From assembly GCA_945885655.1 (NCBI GenBank), contig CAMCZE010000001.1, forward strand, positions 1 through 51,141: a stretch of 51,141 bases of DNA. Reading direction: 5' to 3'. Position 1 is the stretch's first letter; each line of letters begins with the position of its first letter. The notes under the pieces are model-generated. The model was not told where the DNA came from and did not search any database. It saw nothing but the letters and a program-made list of their open reading frames with translations. The translations under genes were made by a program, and so were the position numbers. The DNA comes from Bacteriovorax stolpii. GTDB lineage: Bacteria > Bdellovibrionota > Bacteriovoracia > Bacteriovoracales > Bacteriovoracaceae. This document shows, piece by piece, positions 1-9,116 of this stretch.

Positions 1-18
1 AACAAATAAATCCACATA

Positions 19-1248
19 TTACACCTTCCAACGGAACTGGATGGTTTCCCAATTATGGCATTGTGGACAACGCCAAAAAATTTCATCTGAATTATATCCA
101 CACTGAGAGCAGTAATGTCTGGTAAGTGAACTATGAAGATTTTCTAAAAGACCCTTCGTATGAAACAGTGCTTCCTCAACCTTACCTACTTCAATAAGAA
201 TTTTTATGTATTCCACTTTCAGCACGTCACTTTGGCCATGAGTCTTCATCCAACCATCTAAGAGATCAAAAGCATCACCCGTTTTATGAAGATCTTTTAA
301 TAAACGGATCTTAGATAAAACGACTGACGGTGAACTCATAAGATCGTTATCATTGAGAGCTAAAAAATAATCTTTAAGCTGATGCAACCGACTCATATAT
401 TCATCTTTCTGCGGAAGTTTATTATTAAACACTTCCAAAGAAACAAAAATAAACGTGGCATACATTGGATGTTCTTTTAAAAGCTCTAACAGCACGCCGT
501 CGGCATCTTCCATATTGCCTTGAACTAAAAACAGACGAAGCCTTAAGATTTTTGCCGAAACAGAAGGTGCAAAACGAAAAGCATCCTCAAGTTCTTCAGC
601 ACAGGCCTTGAACTGGCCTTGTTCAAAAAGTGTCTTGGCCTTCTGAACAAGAATGTGAGAAATGGTTTCAGATTGATTTTCCTGACCAACTTTAGAAAGC
701 ATGATGCGGTAGTTGTAGGCCTGATCCCAATCTTCAATGTCTTCATAGATTCGACATAATGAATGAATCACATCTTTCTGATCACGATTGATCTTTAAAA
801 CATCTTTATAGGTTTCAATCGCCTTATCGATGAAACCACCTTTATCAAAATCTAAGGCCAGCTCTTTTAGGGCCTGAAGACGGGTTGATTCAGAGATATT
901 CTCGCGTGCAATAAGAGAACGGTGGATAGAGATGGCCTTTTCAATCTCTCCGTTTGAGCGAAAAAGACCGCCTAAAGCAAAATATGTTTCAATCGTTTCT
1001 CGATTAAGATCAACCGCATTCAAAAACTCTTTGATCGCTAAGTCTTTATTACCTTCAATAAGGTACTGAGTAGCGTTTAAAAAGATGCGAGACTGTGCCT
1101 CAAAAATAGAATTACGATATTTTTTAGAAAGTTTAACGGCCTTGTCACGCTCAATGACGTAATGGTACAGCAGAATCAAAGTAATCACTACCGCAACAAC
1201 TGTTAAAGCATGATTCTTCCCCCACTCTAAAAGAAAAGCGTAATCCAT
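19..1248 (-). CDS. lapB: Lipopolysaccharide assembly protein B (TM anchor, TPR repeats, C-terminal rubredoxin-like domain)
   Basis: N-terminal hydrophobic helix; LGGLFRSNGEIEKAISIHRSL TPR typical of LapB; C-terminal CSQCGY...WRCPQCHNWET metal-binding motif. Confidence 0.85.
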   Translation of the reverse strand: MDYAFLLEWGKNHALTVVAVVITLILLYHYVIERDKAVKLSKKYRNSIFEAQSRIFLNATQYLIEGNKDLAIKEFLNAVDLNRETIETYFALGGLFRSNGEIEKAISIHRSLIARENISESTRLQALKELALDFDKGGFIDKAIETYKDVLKINRDQKDVIHSLCRIYEDIEDWDQAYNYRIMLSKVGQENQSETISHILVQKAKTLFEQGQFKACAEELEDAFRFAPSVSAKILRLRLFLVQGNMEDADGVLLELLKEHPMYATFIFVSLEVFNNKLPQKDEYMSRLHQLKDYFLALNDNDLMSSPSVVLSKIRLLKDLHKTGDAFDLLDGWMKTHGQSDVLKVEYIKILIEVGKVEEALFHTKGLLENLHSSLTRHYCSQCGYNSDEIFWRCPQCHNWETIQFRWKV

Positions 1249-1255
1249 TTATTTC

Positions 1256-2191
1256 CTAGGGCCGATAAAGATAAGCAGGGCTCGTTTTAGCGGAAACCTT
1301 ATCTTTAATGAAGCTCAATGTGTCTTCTGTTTCTTGAAGAATATCAGTGATAGAAAATTTCTTGCGGGCAGGCTTCATATATCTTAAAGAAAACTTACCC
1401 TTGAGTTTAAGCTCTTTGTGAATTGCACGGCCCGCTTGCCATAAACTTCCCACCTCATCCACAAGGCCCAACTCTTTGGCCTCAAGACCATGAAATATCT
1501 GCCCTTGGGCCAATTCGGTAATGTCTTTTTTAAGACGCTTCCCTCGAACGGCCATGATATCGTCCATAAACTGTTTGTGAGTTCCTGCCAAAAGACTTGT
1601 TAGAAATTGTCTTTCTTCATCAGCCATGGCCCGACCAGGATTTCCAATATCTTTGTAACGTCCGGCCTTGATCGTTTCTTGTTTAAACTTACCCCATTTA
1701 AAAAGTTCCGATAAATCCATCATCTGCATGATCACGCCAATTGATCCAGTTAGAGTTCCAGCATTGGCATAAATTTTTCGAGTTGCTGCACCAATATAAT
1801 AACCACCACTGGCGGCCACAGAACCAAAACTTGAATAAATTGGTTTGTTTTTGTCGATTCGTCTTACCTCTTCATAAATCTCTTGAGTGGGGGCCACAGC
1901 ACCCCCCGGAGAATCAATACGAAGAATGATGGCCTTGATATCCTTATCCTCTTCAGCTTCAAGAAGCATCTCCACAACTTTTTTAGATTCTTTGATCTCG
2001 CCTTCAAGAGGGATCACAGCAATGGGTGAATTTTTTGAATCTAACAACCCACCGCCCAAACTTGTAGCTTGTTTCATTTGGGAGACAGTATAAAAGGCAA
2101 ACATAATGAAAATAAAAAACAGGACAGTCACAAGAATAAAAATTCCGACTATGCCTTTAGATCGTTCACGGCTCACAAGGACTCCTTCCAT
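1256..2191 (-). CDS. sppA: Signal peptide peptidase SppA, short (36K) S49 type
   Basis: RIDSPGG, VAASGGYY, TLTGSIGV, GRYKD and GLVDEVG motifs; N-terminal TM. A GTG at 2176 preceded by GGAAGGAG is a plausible true start. Confidence 0.9.
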   Translation of the reverse strand: MEGVLVSRERSKGIVGIFILVTVLFFIFIMFAFYTVSQMKQATSLGGGLLDSKNSPIAVIPLEGEIKESKKVVEMLLEAEEDKDIKAIILRIDSPGGAVAPTQEIYEEVRRIDKNKPIYSSFGSVAASGGYYIGAATRKIYANAGTLTGSIGVIMQMMDLSELFKWGKFKQETIKAGRYKDIGNPGRAMADEERQFLTSLLAGTHKQFMDDIMAVRGKRLKKDITELAQGQIFHGLEAKELGLVDEVGSLWQAGRAIHKELKLKGKFSLRYMKPARKKFSITDILQETEDTLSFIKDKVSAKTSPAYLYRP

Positions 2192-2252
2192 AAGATTCCA
2201 GAGCCTTAAGTATAACTATATAAGAATTAAAAAGGAAAGTTTAAGTCTTCAA

Positions 2253-3602
2253 TTAAAATGAATGGTTCATCCCTCTACAAACTTGTTCCATTTGACCGAT
2301 TTCTCCCAAAACTCGTTTATTGGGACCTAACAAACTACTACGTTTAAGTCGGTCATATTCTTTTGTATAGGTTTTTGAAACTGGATCGTTCTCTATTACG
2401 ATGAGCGTTTCGTCATTGGTGTCATTGGCCGCTGCTGACCAATTCTGAGATCCCATGATGACTGTTTTGTTATCAATGACAGCAAATTTATGATGAAGAA
2501 CATCACCCTTCGGAAGAAATGGCATCCCAGCTTCAGTTGCAGGATGCTTCCACACACGATTATCAGCTTCCAGGGTGCATTTTGAATTTAACATTTCAAG
2601 ACCTAACATATCTAAGATCTCGGAGTAGTTTCGATAAACAAATTTTGCCTCAACTAAAAAATCCAGGACCACACCATCATCATTCTTTTTTTCAAGCTCA
2701 TTACCGATTTTTTGATCAGAATAAACAAATAAGGCAGATTTAACCGAAGTTTCGGCCCGATGAAGATGCTGAGCAATGAGTCCGTTTACTGTTTGATCCC
2801 AACTATAGCGGGCAGATGTTGGTGAGAACTGAACTGTTATTGTCGTTGAGCCGACTTTAATTGTTTGGGGGCCTCGATAAGTTTTATTTGTCCCAAAATT
2901 TCCACGCTTTCCATTGCCCCAGAGTTGTTGAAATTCTCCATTAAAATGTTTGGCCAGCGAAGCTGACTTAACCACCATCAATGAATTGGGATTTCCACGA
3001 GAAGAGGAGGCCAACATATCTCCATGAACACAACTCATTGTGAAATTAGCACTACTTACTAAAGTCACTTTTTCATCGATGACCATAAACTTATGATGCA
3101 TAAGACCCGAACCACGGGAATCATCATAGGTATCATCTATGATGGGCACACCTGCATCACGAAGCATATATATGGCATCACGGCCCATAAGTTCTGATTT
3201 TTCAAATGTTCCATTTTGGTTTACATCAACAAAAGCTATAAGTTCGCTTAGTTTTGAAGCTTCATACTCATTATCAATTTTTTTGTCTTCTTGCTCAGTA
3301 ACGCTGAAATTATAATCGTGCTCAAGCACCACCCTTACATCTAAACCTGCTCTTTTTTTTGTGATCAGTGCCTGGGCAATTTGTGGTAAACGAAACTCTT
3401 GCACGGCAACAAACACACTCGTTTTGGCCGCATTTATATTCTCAACAATGACTTCTTCCAGATTATCTCCAGATCGGGTGATATTCCGATAAGGTTCCGT
3501 ATATGAAGAATTAGGATTGTGATTGAAATAGGAAGTAACATTCCCAAAACTTGGGGCAGAAACAAGGACCAGAACAAGAGCAAGGGTTCGAGTAAAAACC
3601 AT
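2253..3602 (-). CDS. Secreted phospholipase D-superfamily protein (two HKD motifs), likely a nuclease
   Basis: Signal peptide; MHHKFMVID...SSANFT and LHHKFAVID...GSQNWS motifs; EF-hand-like loop DVNQNGTFEKSE. Confidence 0.8.
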   Translation of the reverse strand: MVFTRTLALVLVLVSAPSFGNVTSYFNHNPNSSYTEPYRNITRSGDNLEEVIVENINAAKTSVFVAVQEFRLPQIAQALITKKRAGLDVRVVLEHDYNFSVTEQEDKKIDNEYEASKLSELIAFVDVNQNGTFEKSELMGRDAIYMLRDAGVPIIDDTYDDSRGSGLMHHKFMVIDEKVTLVSSANFTMSCVHGDMLASSSRGNPNSLMVVKSASLAKHFNGEFQQLWGNGKRGNFGTNKTYRGPQTIKVGSTTITVQFSPTSARYSWDQTVNGLIAQHLHRAETSVKSALFVYSDQKIGNELEKKNDDGVVLDFLVEAKFVYRNYSEILDMLGLEMLNSKCTLEADNRVWKHPATEAGMPFLPKGDVLHHKFAVIDNKTVIMGSQNWSAAANDTNDETLIVIENDPVSKTYTKEYDRLKRSSLLGPNKRVLGEIGQMEQVCRGMNHSF

Positions 3603-3871
3603 CTCTATGCGCCTTTATTAAATCACCTAATACCTGACTTTAATATTACTAATAACTCCAACCTTGTCATTGAACAAATTCTTACATCTTTATCTAGAAA
3701 ATAAGCTATGTTGTTGATACTACGATGGCTTTAAGACTCATATCTTAAAATGATGCTCAAAAGTGTTTTTTCGACCATCTTTTGCCTTATTATAATTTGA
3801 AAGGTTAACTGATCGATTTTTTTTAGGATTTCTTAAAAAATAGTTAAGAAGCTCAAGGTAGGTCATGGCTC

Positions 3872-5071
3872 ATGAAAATTCTAGTTCTCGCTTCAGATAA
3901 TCCCTCTCCACCAATAAATGGAACAAGAATACGAAATTTTCATCTCTGGCCTATTCTTAAAGCTCAGGGGCATGAAGTGAAACTCCTTTGTCTTACGAAA
4001 AATCCTCAAGACCTAAATCATCACTCCGATGACAAAGAATTTTTTCTTTTTACACGGAAGAACATCTTTAAAAGAATTTATATGAGACTGCTACACTCCT
4101 ATCACGAGTGGCCGGTATCAGATGATTTAACAAGAAGAGTTCAATCTCTTGTTTCCGAATGGCAACCTGACATTATACATGCTGAAGAATTTCGAATGGG
4201 CCAATACATACCTCGTAAGAATACACTTTCAGCTCAAACTTTAACTTCAGTTTGCGCACACAATGTCGAAAGTCAGCTCATTAAAAAGACTTTGGCCGCC
4301 CCTTTTCCATATGCCATTAAGTTTTTTAATCGTATCTACCAAATCACTTTAAAAAGGGCCGAACGAAAAGTTTTTCATAATGTCGACCTACGACTTACTT
4401 ACTCTGAGGTCGATAAGAATATCTATGCTTCTCTTTATCCAAAACTTACCTGGGTAAGTTCATCCAATGGAGTTCCTCTCATTAATTTAAATGAAAGCGA
4501 CTTAAAAACTCTGTGCACAAATAACATTCTATTTTTGGGTTCTCTTAACTATTTACCGAACATCGAAGGTCTTTATTGGTTTTTGGATCATATCTATCCC
4601 AACGTTAAACAAAATTGCAAACTCACTGTAGCGGGTTCAAATCCTCCTGAAAAAGTGAAAATAAGACTTAAAACAGAAGATGTGGAATTGATCGATACCC
4701 CTCTTGAACTAGGCCCTGTTTATCTGGAAAATGGCCTCCTTATAGTGCCGTTACTTAATGGTTCCGGAACCCGTGGAAAAATTCTTGAATCATTGATGTA
4801 TGCCAGACCGGTGCTAACGACGAGTCTTGGAGTAGAAGGTTTGCAAATAAATGCTGGGCAAGGAATCATCGTTGGTGATGGAATTGAAGGATATACTTCT
4901 GCTCTCAAAGATTGGTTAAATCTTAATTCTCAAGAACGACAAAAAATGGCCATGGCAGGAAGAGATCTCATTTTGAAAAAATATACTTGGCATCATGTGG
5001 CCTCGGATCTCATTAAATATTGGGAGAAAGGAGTTATGTCGAAGAGGACTCTTCAGCAGACAAAAAATTAA
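3872..5071 (+). CDS. Glycosyltransferase family 4
   Basis: PSPPINGTRIR N-terminus, AHNVES, FLGSLNYLPNIEGL, GSGTRGKILESL...TTSLGVEGL (GT-B, GT4 EX7E-type motif). Confidence 0.85.
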   Translation: MKILVLASDNPSPPINGTRIRNFHLWPILKAQGHEVKLLCLTKNPQDLNHHSDDKEFFLFTRKNIFKRIYMRLLHSYHEWPVSDDLTRRVQSLVSEWQPDIIHAEEFRMGQYIPRKNTLSAQTLTSVCAHNVESQLIKKTLAAPFPYAIKFFNRIYQITLKRAERKVFHNVDLRLTYSEVDKNIYASLYPKLTWVSSSNGVPLINLNESDLKTLCTNNILFLGSLNYLPNIEGLYWFLDHIYPNVKQNCKLTVAGSNPPEKVKIRLKTEDVELIDTPLELGPVYLENGLLIVPLLNGSGTRGKILESLMYARPVLTTSLGVEGLQINAGQGIIVGDGIEGYTSALKDWLNLNSQERQKMAMAGRDLILKKYTWHHVASDLIKYWEKGVMSKRTLQQTKN

Positions 5072-6479
5072 GCATTTTTGCCTTCATCGTGGAAAGATTC
5101 TGTTTTAAATCTTTATGAGAATTACCGTTAAGCACTCTATTAAATTTTAACACCGAAGCCTCAATTTGCCAAAAGCCATCAAGTATTTCAACGTTTGTAG
5201 CAGAAGCTTCATCTTTGGGTAATGTATCCTGGACGTGCTGTTTTTGCAGACCTATTATGTGTTTATACAGTTTAGAATCAAATTTAATCTTAGGTATAAT
5301 CAATTGTTTTTTTTCTGCCATGAACTTTAAATGCAACCACCATTTAACATATTCTTTATAAGTCGAAGACATATTCGAATTCTCTTTTAAGATTTGTAAG
5401 ACAGGTAATGCTTCATAAACAACCGTCTCATAAATCTCAAATTCTTCGGAGTTCATTGGCCCTAACTCTCCACCTTTTAAAATTCTTATCGATAACTTTA
5501 AAATAACATCCGGAAGTTCTTGGCCTGATTGTTTAAAAAAGATGAGACAACTTTTATGGATCGCCGAAAAATCGCTTAAGGGAAGTTCCGAACCTCGTCC
5601 AATTATGATACTAGGGGTTGAAGCAATATCGGCCAAGGCCTTCAAATAAAGATTATCTGTCACGACAATGGCACAATGGCCAATAAGATAAAGCTGGCCT
5701 TTATTTTGACATTTAACGAAATTAACTTCTCCGGAATTTAAATCTTTGAAGTAACTTAAAATTTGGCTTTCACCCTCAGGGTCCATGCTAAAAAAAAGAG
5801 GCATGAGATGAGGATCATTATCAAATTTTTTATACAGCTCGGCCAAAAAACCAAAATCGGTGACATTTTCGTTTTCTTTCATGTCAGCATCAATAAGTAC
5901 TATTTGTCTTTTTCCGCTTTTTTTGAAAAGACTTTCCATTTTTAAATTAAATTCACGATCCAATTTTTCTTCAAAATGAGATTTAACAGGAAGCTCATAA
6001 TAAATACCTGCGATATCTTTGTATAAATAGAGAAAATGGAAATAATTTTCATGCTGATCAGGGACATTCATGAGTAACAAAGAAGAAAGATTTGAATACT
6101 CAATGGTGGGATCATCAGCTTTAGAATATGGCCCTGAAATCGTTTTATAGTTTAAAAAGCATGTATAGATTGTGCCTAAGAGATTTGAGGACAAGTTCAC
6201 AACTAAATCCCATTTTACGTCAATGAAGGGCCCTAAATAGTTCCTCATCTTTTCTTCTATTTCCTCATTACTTAGACCTATTGTAGTTGAGAAAAATACG
6301 TCAACATCTAACAGAAGTACCTTTTCAAAAACTTCTACTGTATGAAAAAGTTCATTGGCGGCAGAGACAACGATTGATATTTGAGCAGAAGGGTATTTTT
6401 TTTTAAGTAACGCCCCTACGGTCGCAGAATAGGCACTTCGATGAGGGGGGTCAATATTAATAATGAGAATTCTTTTCAT
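5034..6479 (-). CDS. GT9 (heptosyltransferase)-like protein, catalytic motifs degenerate
   Basis: MKRILII...LLKKKYPSAQISIVV, WDLVVNL and IVVTDN...IASTPSIII follow the GT9 layout, but the GD and DSGxxH motifs are missing. Confidence 0.5.
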   Translation of the reverse strand: MKRILIINIDPPHRSAYSATVGALLKKKYPSAQISIVVSAANELFHTVEVFEKVLLLDVDVFFSTTIGLSNEEIEEKMRNYLGPFIDVKWDLVVNLSSNLLGTIYTCFLNYKTISGPYSKADDPTIEYSNLSSLLLMNVPDQHENYFHFLYLYKDIAGIYYELPVKSHFEEKLDREFNLKMESLFKKSGKRQIVLIDADMKENENVTDFGFLAELYKKFDNDPHLMPLFFSMDPEGESQILSYFKDLNSGEVNFVKCQNKGQLYLIGHCAIVVTDNLYLKALADIASTPSIIIGRGSELPLSDFSAIHKSCLIFFKQSGQELPDVILKLSIRILKGGELGPMNSEEFEIYETVVYEALPVLQILKENSNMSSTYKEYVKWWLHLKFMAEKKQLIIPKIKFDSKLYKHIIGLQKQHVQDTLPKDEASATNVEILDGFWQIEASVLKFNRVLNGNSHKDLKQNLSTMKAKMLNFLSAEESSST

Positions 6480-6563
6480 TTTTTTTGATCATTAATTAAG
6501 GAAACTTAAAGAAATTATTATTTAATTTATTATACAATAATAAGTTAGTTATAAAAAAATAAT

Positions 6564-7844
6564 TTGATTGTTATTTTTCCTGATTCACCTAAACTGATAT
6601 CTATGGCCGTCTTAGATAGATTAATCCTTTTTTTTAATCACTGTTTTGTGCAATTCAATCAGACAAAGTTTATTGTTTATTGTTTATTGATCTTTATAAG
6701 CTCACTTACGTTTTATTATTTGTTAATGTTATTCAAAACGAGCTGGTATGACCGAATTCCCAAGGTTATGCGACCATACATTCTCCTAAACGCTGAAAAA
6801 TCTGACACTCATGCCTTACAAATTGGTGGAATACCCTTCTCAATCATCTCTATGGTGGCCATCGCACTTCTTTTTTATTGGTTTCCATATCTTATCAATC
6901 CACAACAAAAAGATATTTTGCTCTATTCCATCTTTAGCTGGATAGGTAACCTTGCGTACGGGTATATAGATGACTTGTATGAAATAAGACCCATCGTAAA
7001 ACTAACTTTTCAGATTTTTTTAATTTCTGTTTTTAGTGTTTTTGCATCACAGATAGTCTACCCAGAGCAGGCAGCCTTTGCTTTTGTCGGTTTAGTATTT
7101 CTTTCCGTGGCGATCCTAAATGGATCAAATCTCATTGATGGTTTGGATACACTTTCTTATAAAGTTTCCTCCGTTATCTATTTGGCCTATATCATTCTCG
7201 CAGCTCCGGTTGTTAATCTTCCGACACTTTTCATAGCATTGGCCTGTTTTCTGATCATGAGTGGTTTTTACTTTTTTAATAAAGAACCATCTAAGATTCA
7301 TCTCGGAGAGGTCGGAGTAAGCTGTTTGGGATTCTCATACATTATTTTGGCCGTGCTAACTTTTTTGGATTATAGAAAGATAAATCCTCCCTTCTCAGCG
7401 CTAACCAAGGCCTTGTTGCCATGTGTGATTTTGTATGTTGAGATCTTTGTTAGTTTCTCCAGAAGAATATTAAACGGAAAATCTCCTTTTAAGGGTGACC
7501 GTAATCATATTCATCACATTCTCAACAACAGTTATCGTTTTTCAGCTTCTAACGCATCTTCTATCGTGGCCTTCTCATATTTTATTTTTATCATCACTGC
7601 CTTGTATCTGATGGATCGTTTCTCTTCTATCTTTTCTTTTTTCATACTCACTGGATTTTCTCTGATTTGGTCACTTGGCCTAGGTTGGAGAGAGTGGTTT
7701 AAAAACGACATTCAGGTCAATATTATGGATGGTCTTCTCGTTAAAAAAGACATCCGTATGATTTCATATGACAGCCTTGCCGATTTTAAAATTACAGTGA
7801 ATAAGGTAGTTAAAAATGAGCAAAAAAAAGATAATTCATTTTAG
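6564..7844 (+). CDS. WecA/MraY-family polyprenyl-phosphate HexNAc-1-P transferase (initiating enzyme)
   Basis: Multi-TM; QIGGI, GYIDD, NGSNLIDGLD, HLGEVG and SPFKGDRNHIHH (WecA-type HIHH). The ORF track starts at TTG; ATG at 6603 is the likelier start. Confidence 0.85.
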   Translation: MIVIFPDSPKLISMAVLDRLILFFNHCFVQFNQTKFIVYCLLIFISSLTFYYLLMLFKTSWYDRIPKVMRPYILLNAEKSDTHALQIGGIPFSIISMVAIALLFYWFPYLINPQQKDILLYSIFSWIGNLAYGYIDDLYEIRPIVKLTFQIFLISVFSVFASQIVYPEQAAFAFVGLVFLSVAILNGSNLIDGLDTLSYKVSSVIYLAYIILAAPVVNLPTLFIALACFLIMSGFYFFNKEPSKIHLGEVGVSCLGFSYIILAVLTFLDYRKINPPFSALTKALLPCVILYVEIFVSFSRRILNGKSPFKGDRNHIHHILNNSYRFSASNASSIVAFSYFIFIITALYLMDRFSSIFSFFILTGFSLIWSLGLGWREWFKNDIQVNIMDGLLVKKDIRMISYDSLADFKITVNKVVKNEQKKDNSF

Positions 7845-9029
7845 TTAATTGATTTGCCAAAATTTCCTAAGACCATCTGGCCATCTCTCTAGATTTATCC
7901 CAAACTGAGACATCGTCGTAAAAATAATTCTTTCGTACCCAAAGCCGACACATCCCGTAGTGGCCTGCACCTGTGTTGATAATTTCATGTTAAAAGGTGC
8001 TGAAAAATGTTTTCCATGATTATTTAAAGATCCAACGGCCACATAATTTCCACTGATGGGATTTAAAATTTTTATTTCAACTTTCGATTGTTCTGCAAAC
8101 TGAAAAAACTGAAGTGATTTGATCGAATTAGCAAAAAATGGGTCACTTGCAGTCATAATCTTAGAATTAAGTTGTGCGAGTTCGAGGTAATCTTCAAACC
8201 ATTTCTGGCATTTCTCTAGACGGCCCGTAACATACTGTTTATCTCCAAAGAAAATAAACTCCCTCATCGAAAATTCATGTAATCGTTCAAGAGTCGTAAT
8301 ATTTTTCTCTTCATTTCGAAAAGCTTTTCCAAAAACAGTCAATGTCTTAAAGTCTTCTGGTGCTAAAACTTTGTTTTCGAAAAGCTGGTAACTATTAAGA
8401 CAAATTGCCGAGCGGCACATCCCTTTTGGTGAACAAAGATGTTCCTGAAAATCGATATTTTTATCTTTCATTTTATGGGAAAATTCAGAAATCGAGTCGA
8501 GATCACTTTTAAGAAGAGAAATGAAGTTTGCAAATTGAGGCGTTTTTTGAAAAAAATTAATTTTCTTAAGGGTCTCAATCGTTGTCACAATAGGAAGAAC
8601 AACTTCTTGCGCCTCAAACTCTTTTGAAAACTCAAATAACTTTTGATCTAAAACTCTATAAAGTTTTAGAAATTGACCTGAAAGTGCATAATGTCCTGGA
8701 GAAACCTCAACAAGATCCCCCCTTTTTAATAATTCAGGGTAAATGTCCCCATTATTAGGGAAGGTACGATTCGATTTATCAAGAAGAGTATGAACCATTT
8801 CTCCATCTCTGCTGGGTTTGGCCATATCAATGAGCTTTTCCAGTTTTTGATTCACATCAGAAAATTCTCCAGTCTCAGTTAACGTTATTTGGATGGTGCC
8901 TTTAACTTCATCTATGTGAAACGCCTTGATCTTCTCACTCAGAAATGGAAGGTTATTCTGCAAAGCTTCCTTAGAATGTTGCTCAATTTTATAAGGTACA
9001 TTCACTTCATATTTTTTTTCATTAGACAT
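7845..9029 (-). CDS. Class II aminoacyl-tRNA synthetase paralog (atypical/methanogen-type SerRS-like); putative amino acid:[carrier protein] ligase
   Basis: Motif 2 FRNE...ERLHEFSMREF, motif 3 TGCVGFGYER, SAICLNSY; Cys/Glu/Cys Zn-ligand pattern; ASDPFF and SLNNH motifs; SD GGGAG before ATG; ACP gene 2.3 kb away. Confidence 0.8.
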   Translation of the reverse strand: MSNEKKYEVNVPYKIEQHSKEALQNNLPFLSEKIKAFHIDEVKGTIQITLTETGEFSDVNQKLEKLIDMAKPSRDGEMVHTLLDKSNRTFPNNGDIYPELLKRGDLVEVSPGHYALSGQFLKLYRVLDQKLFEFSKEFEAQEVVLPIVTTIETLKKINFFQKTPQFANFISLLKSDLDSISEFSHKMKDKNIDFQEHLCSPKGMCRSAICLNSYQLFENKVLAPEDFKTLTVFGKAFRNEEKNITTLERLHEFSMREFIFFGDKQYVTGRLEKCQKWFEDYLELAQLNSKIMTASDPFFANSIKSLQFFQFAEQSKVEIKILNPISGNYVAVGSLNNHGKHFSAPFNMKLSTQVQATTGCVGFGYERIIFTTMSQFGINLERWPDGLRKFWQIN

Positions 9030-9116
9030 GGTTTAACTCCCGCAAAACACAATCTTCAACTATAATTATTATATAAATTATAACCTTTAAAAAGAATCTC
9101 TCAAAGAGCAATCAGC
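9030..9116. promoter_or_regulatory. Divergent promoter region between the aaRS-like gene and the dltD/B/X/C-like operon
   Basis: 87-bp AT-rich gap. TATAAT at 9061-9066 on +; TATAAT on - at 9068-9073 and 9077-9082; no clear -35. Confidence 0.4.

Noticed and set aside
7845-9029. Calling this the housekeeping serS
   Set aside because: Lacks the bacterial SerRS coiled-coil arm and TxE motif; Zn-type motifs and ACP/MBOAT context favour a carrier-protein ligase
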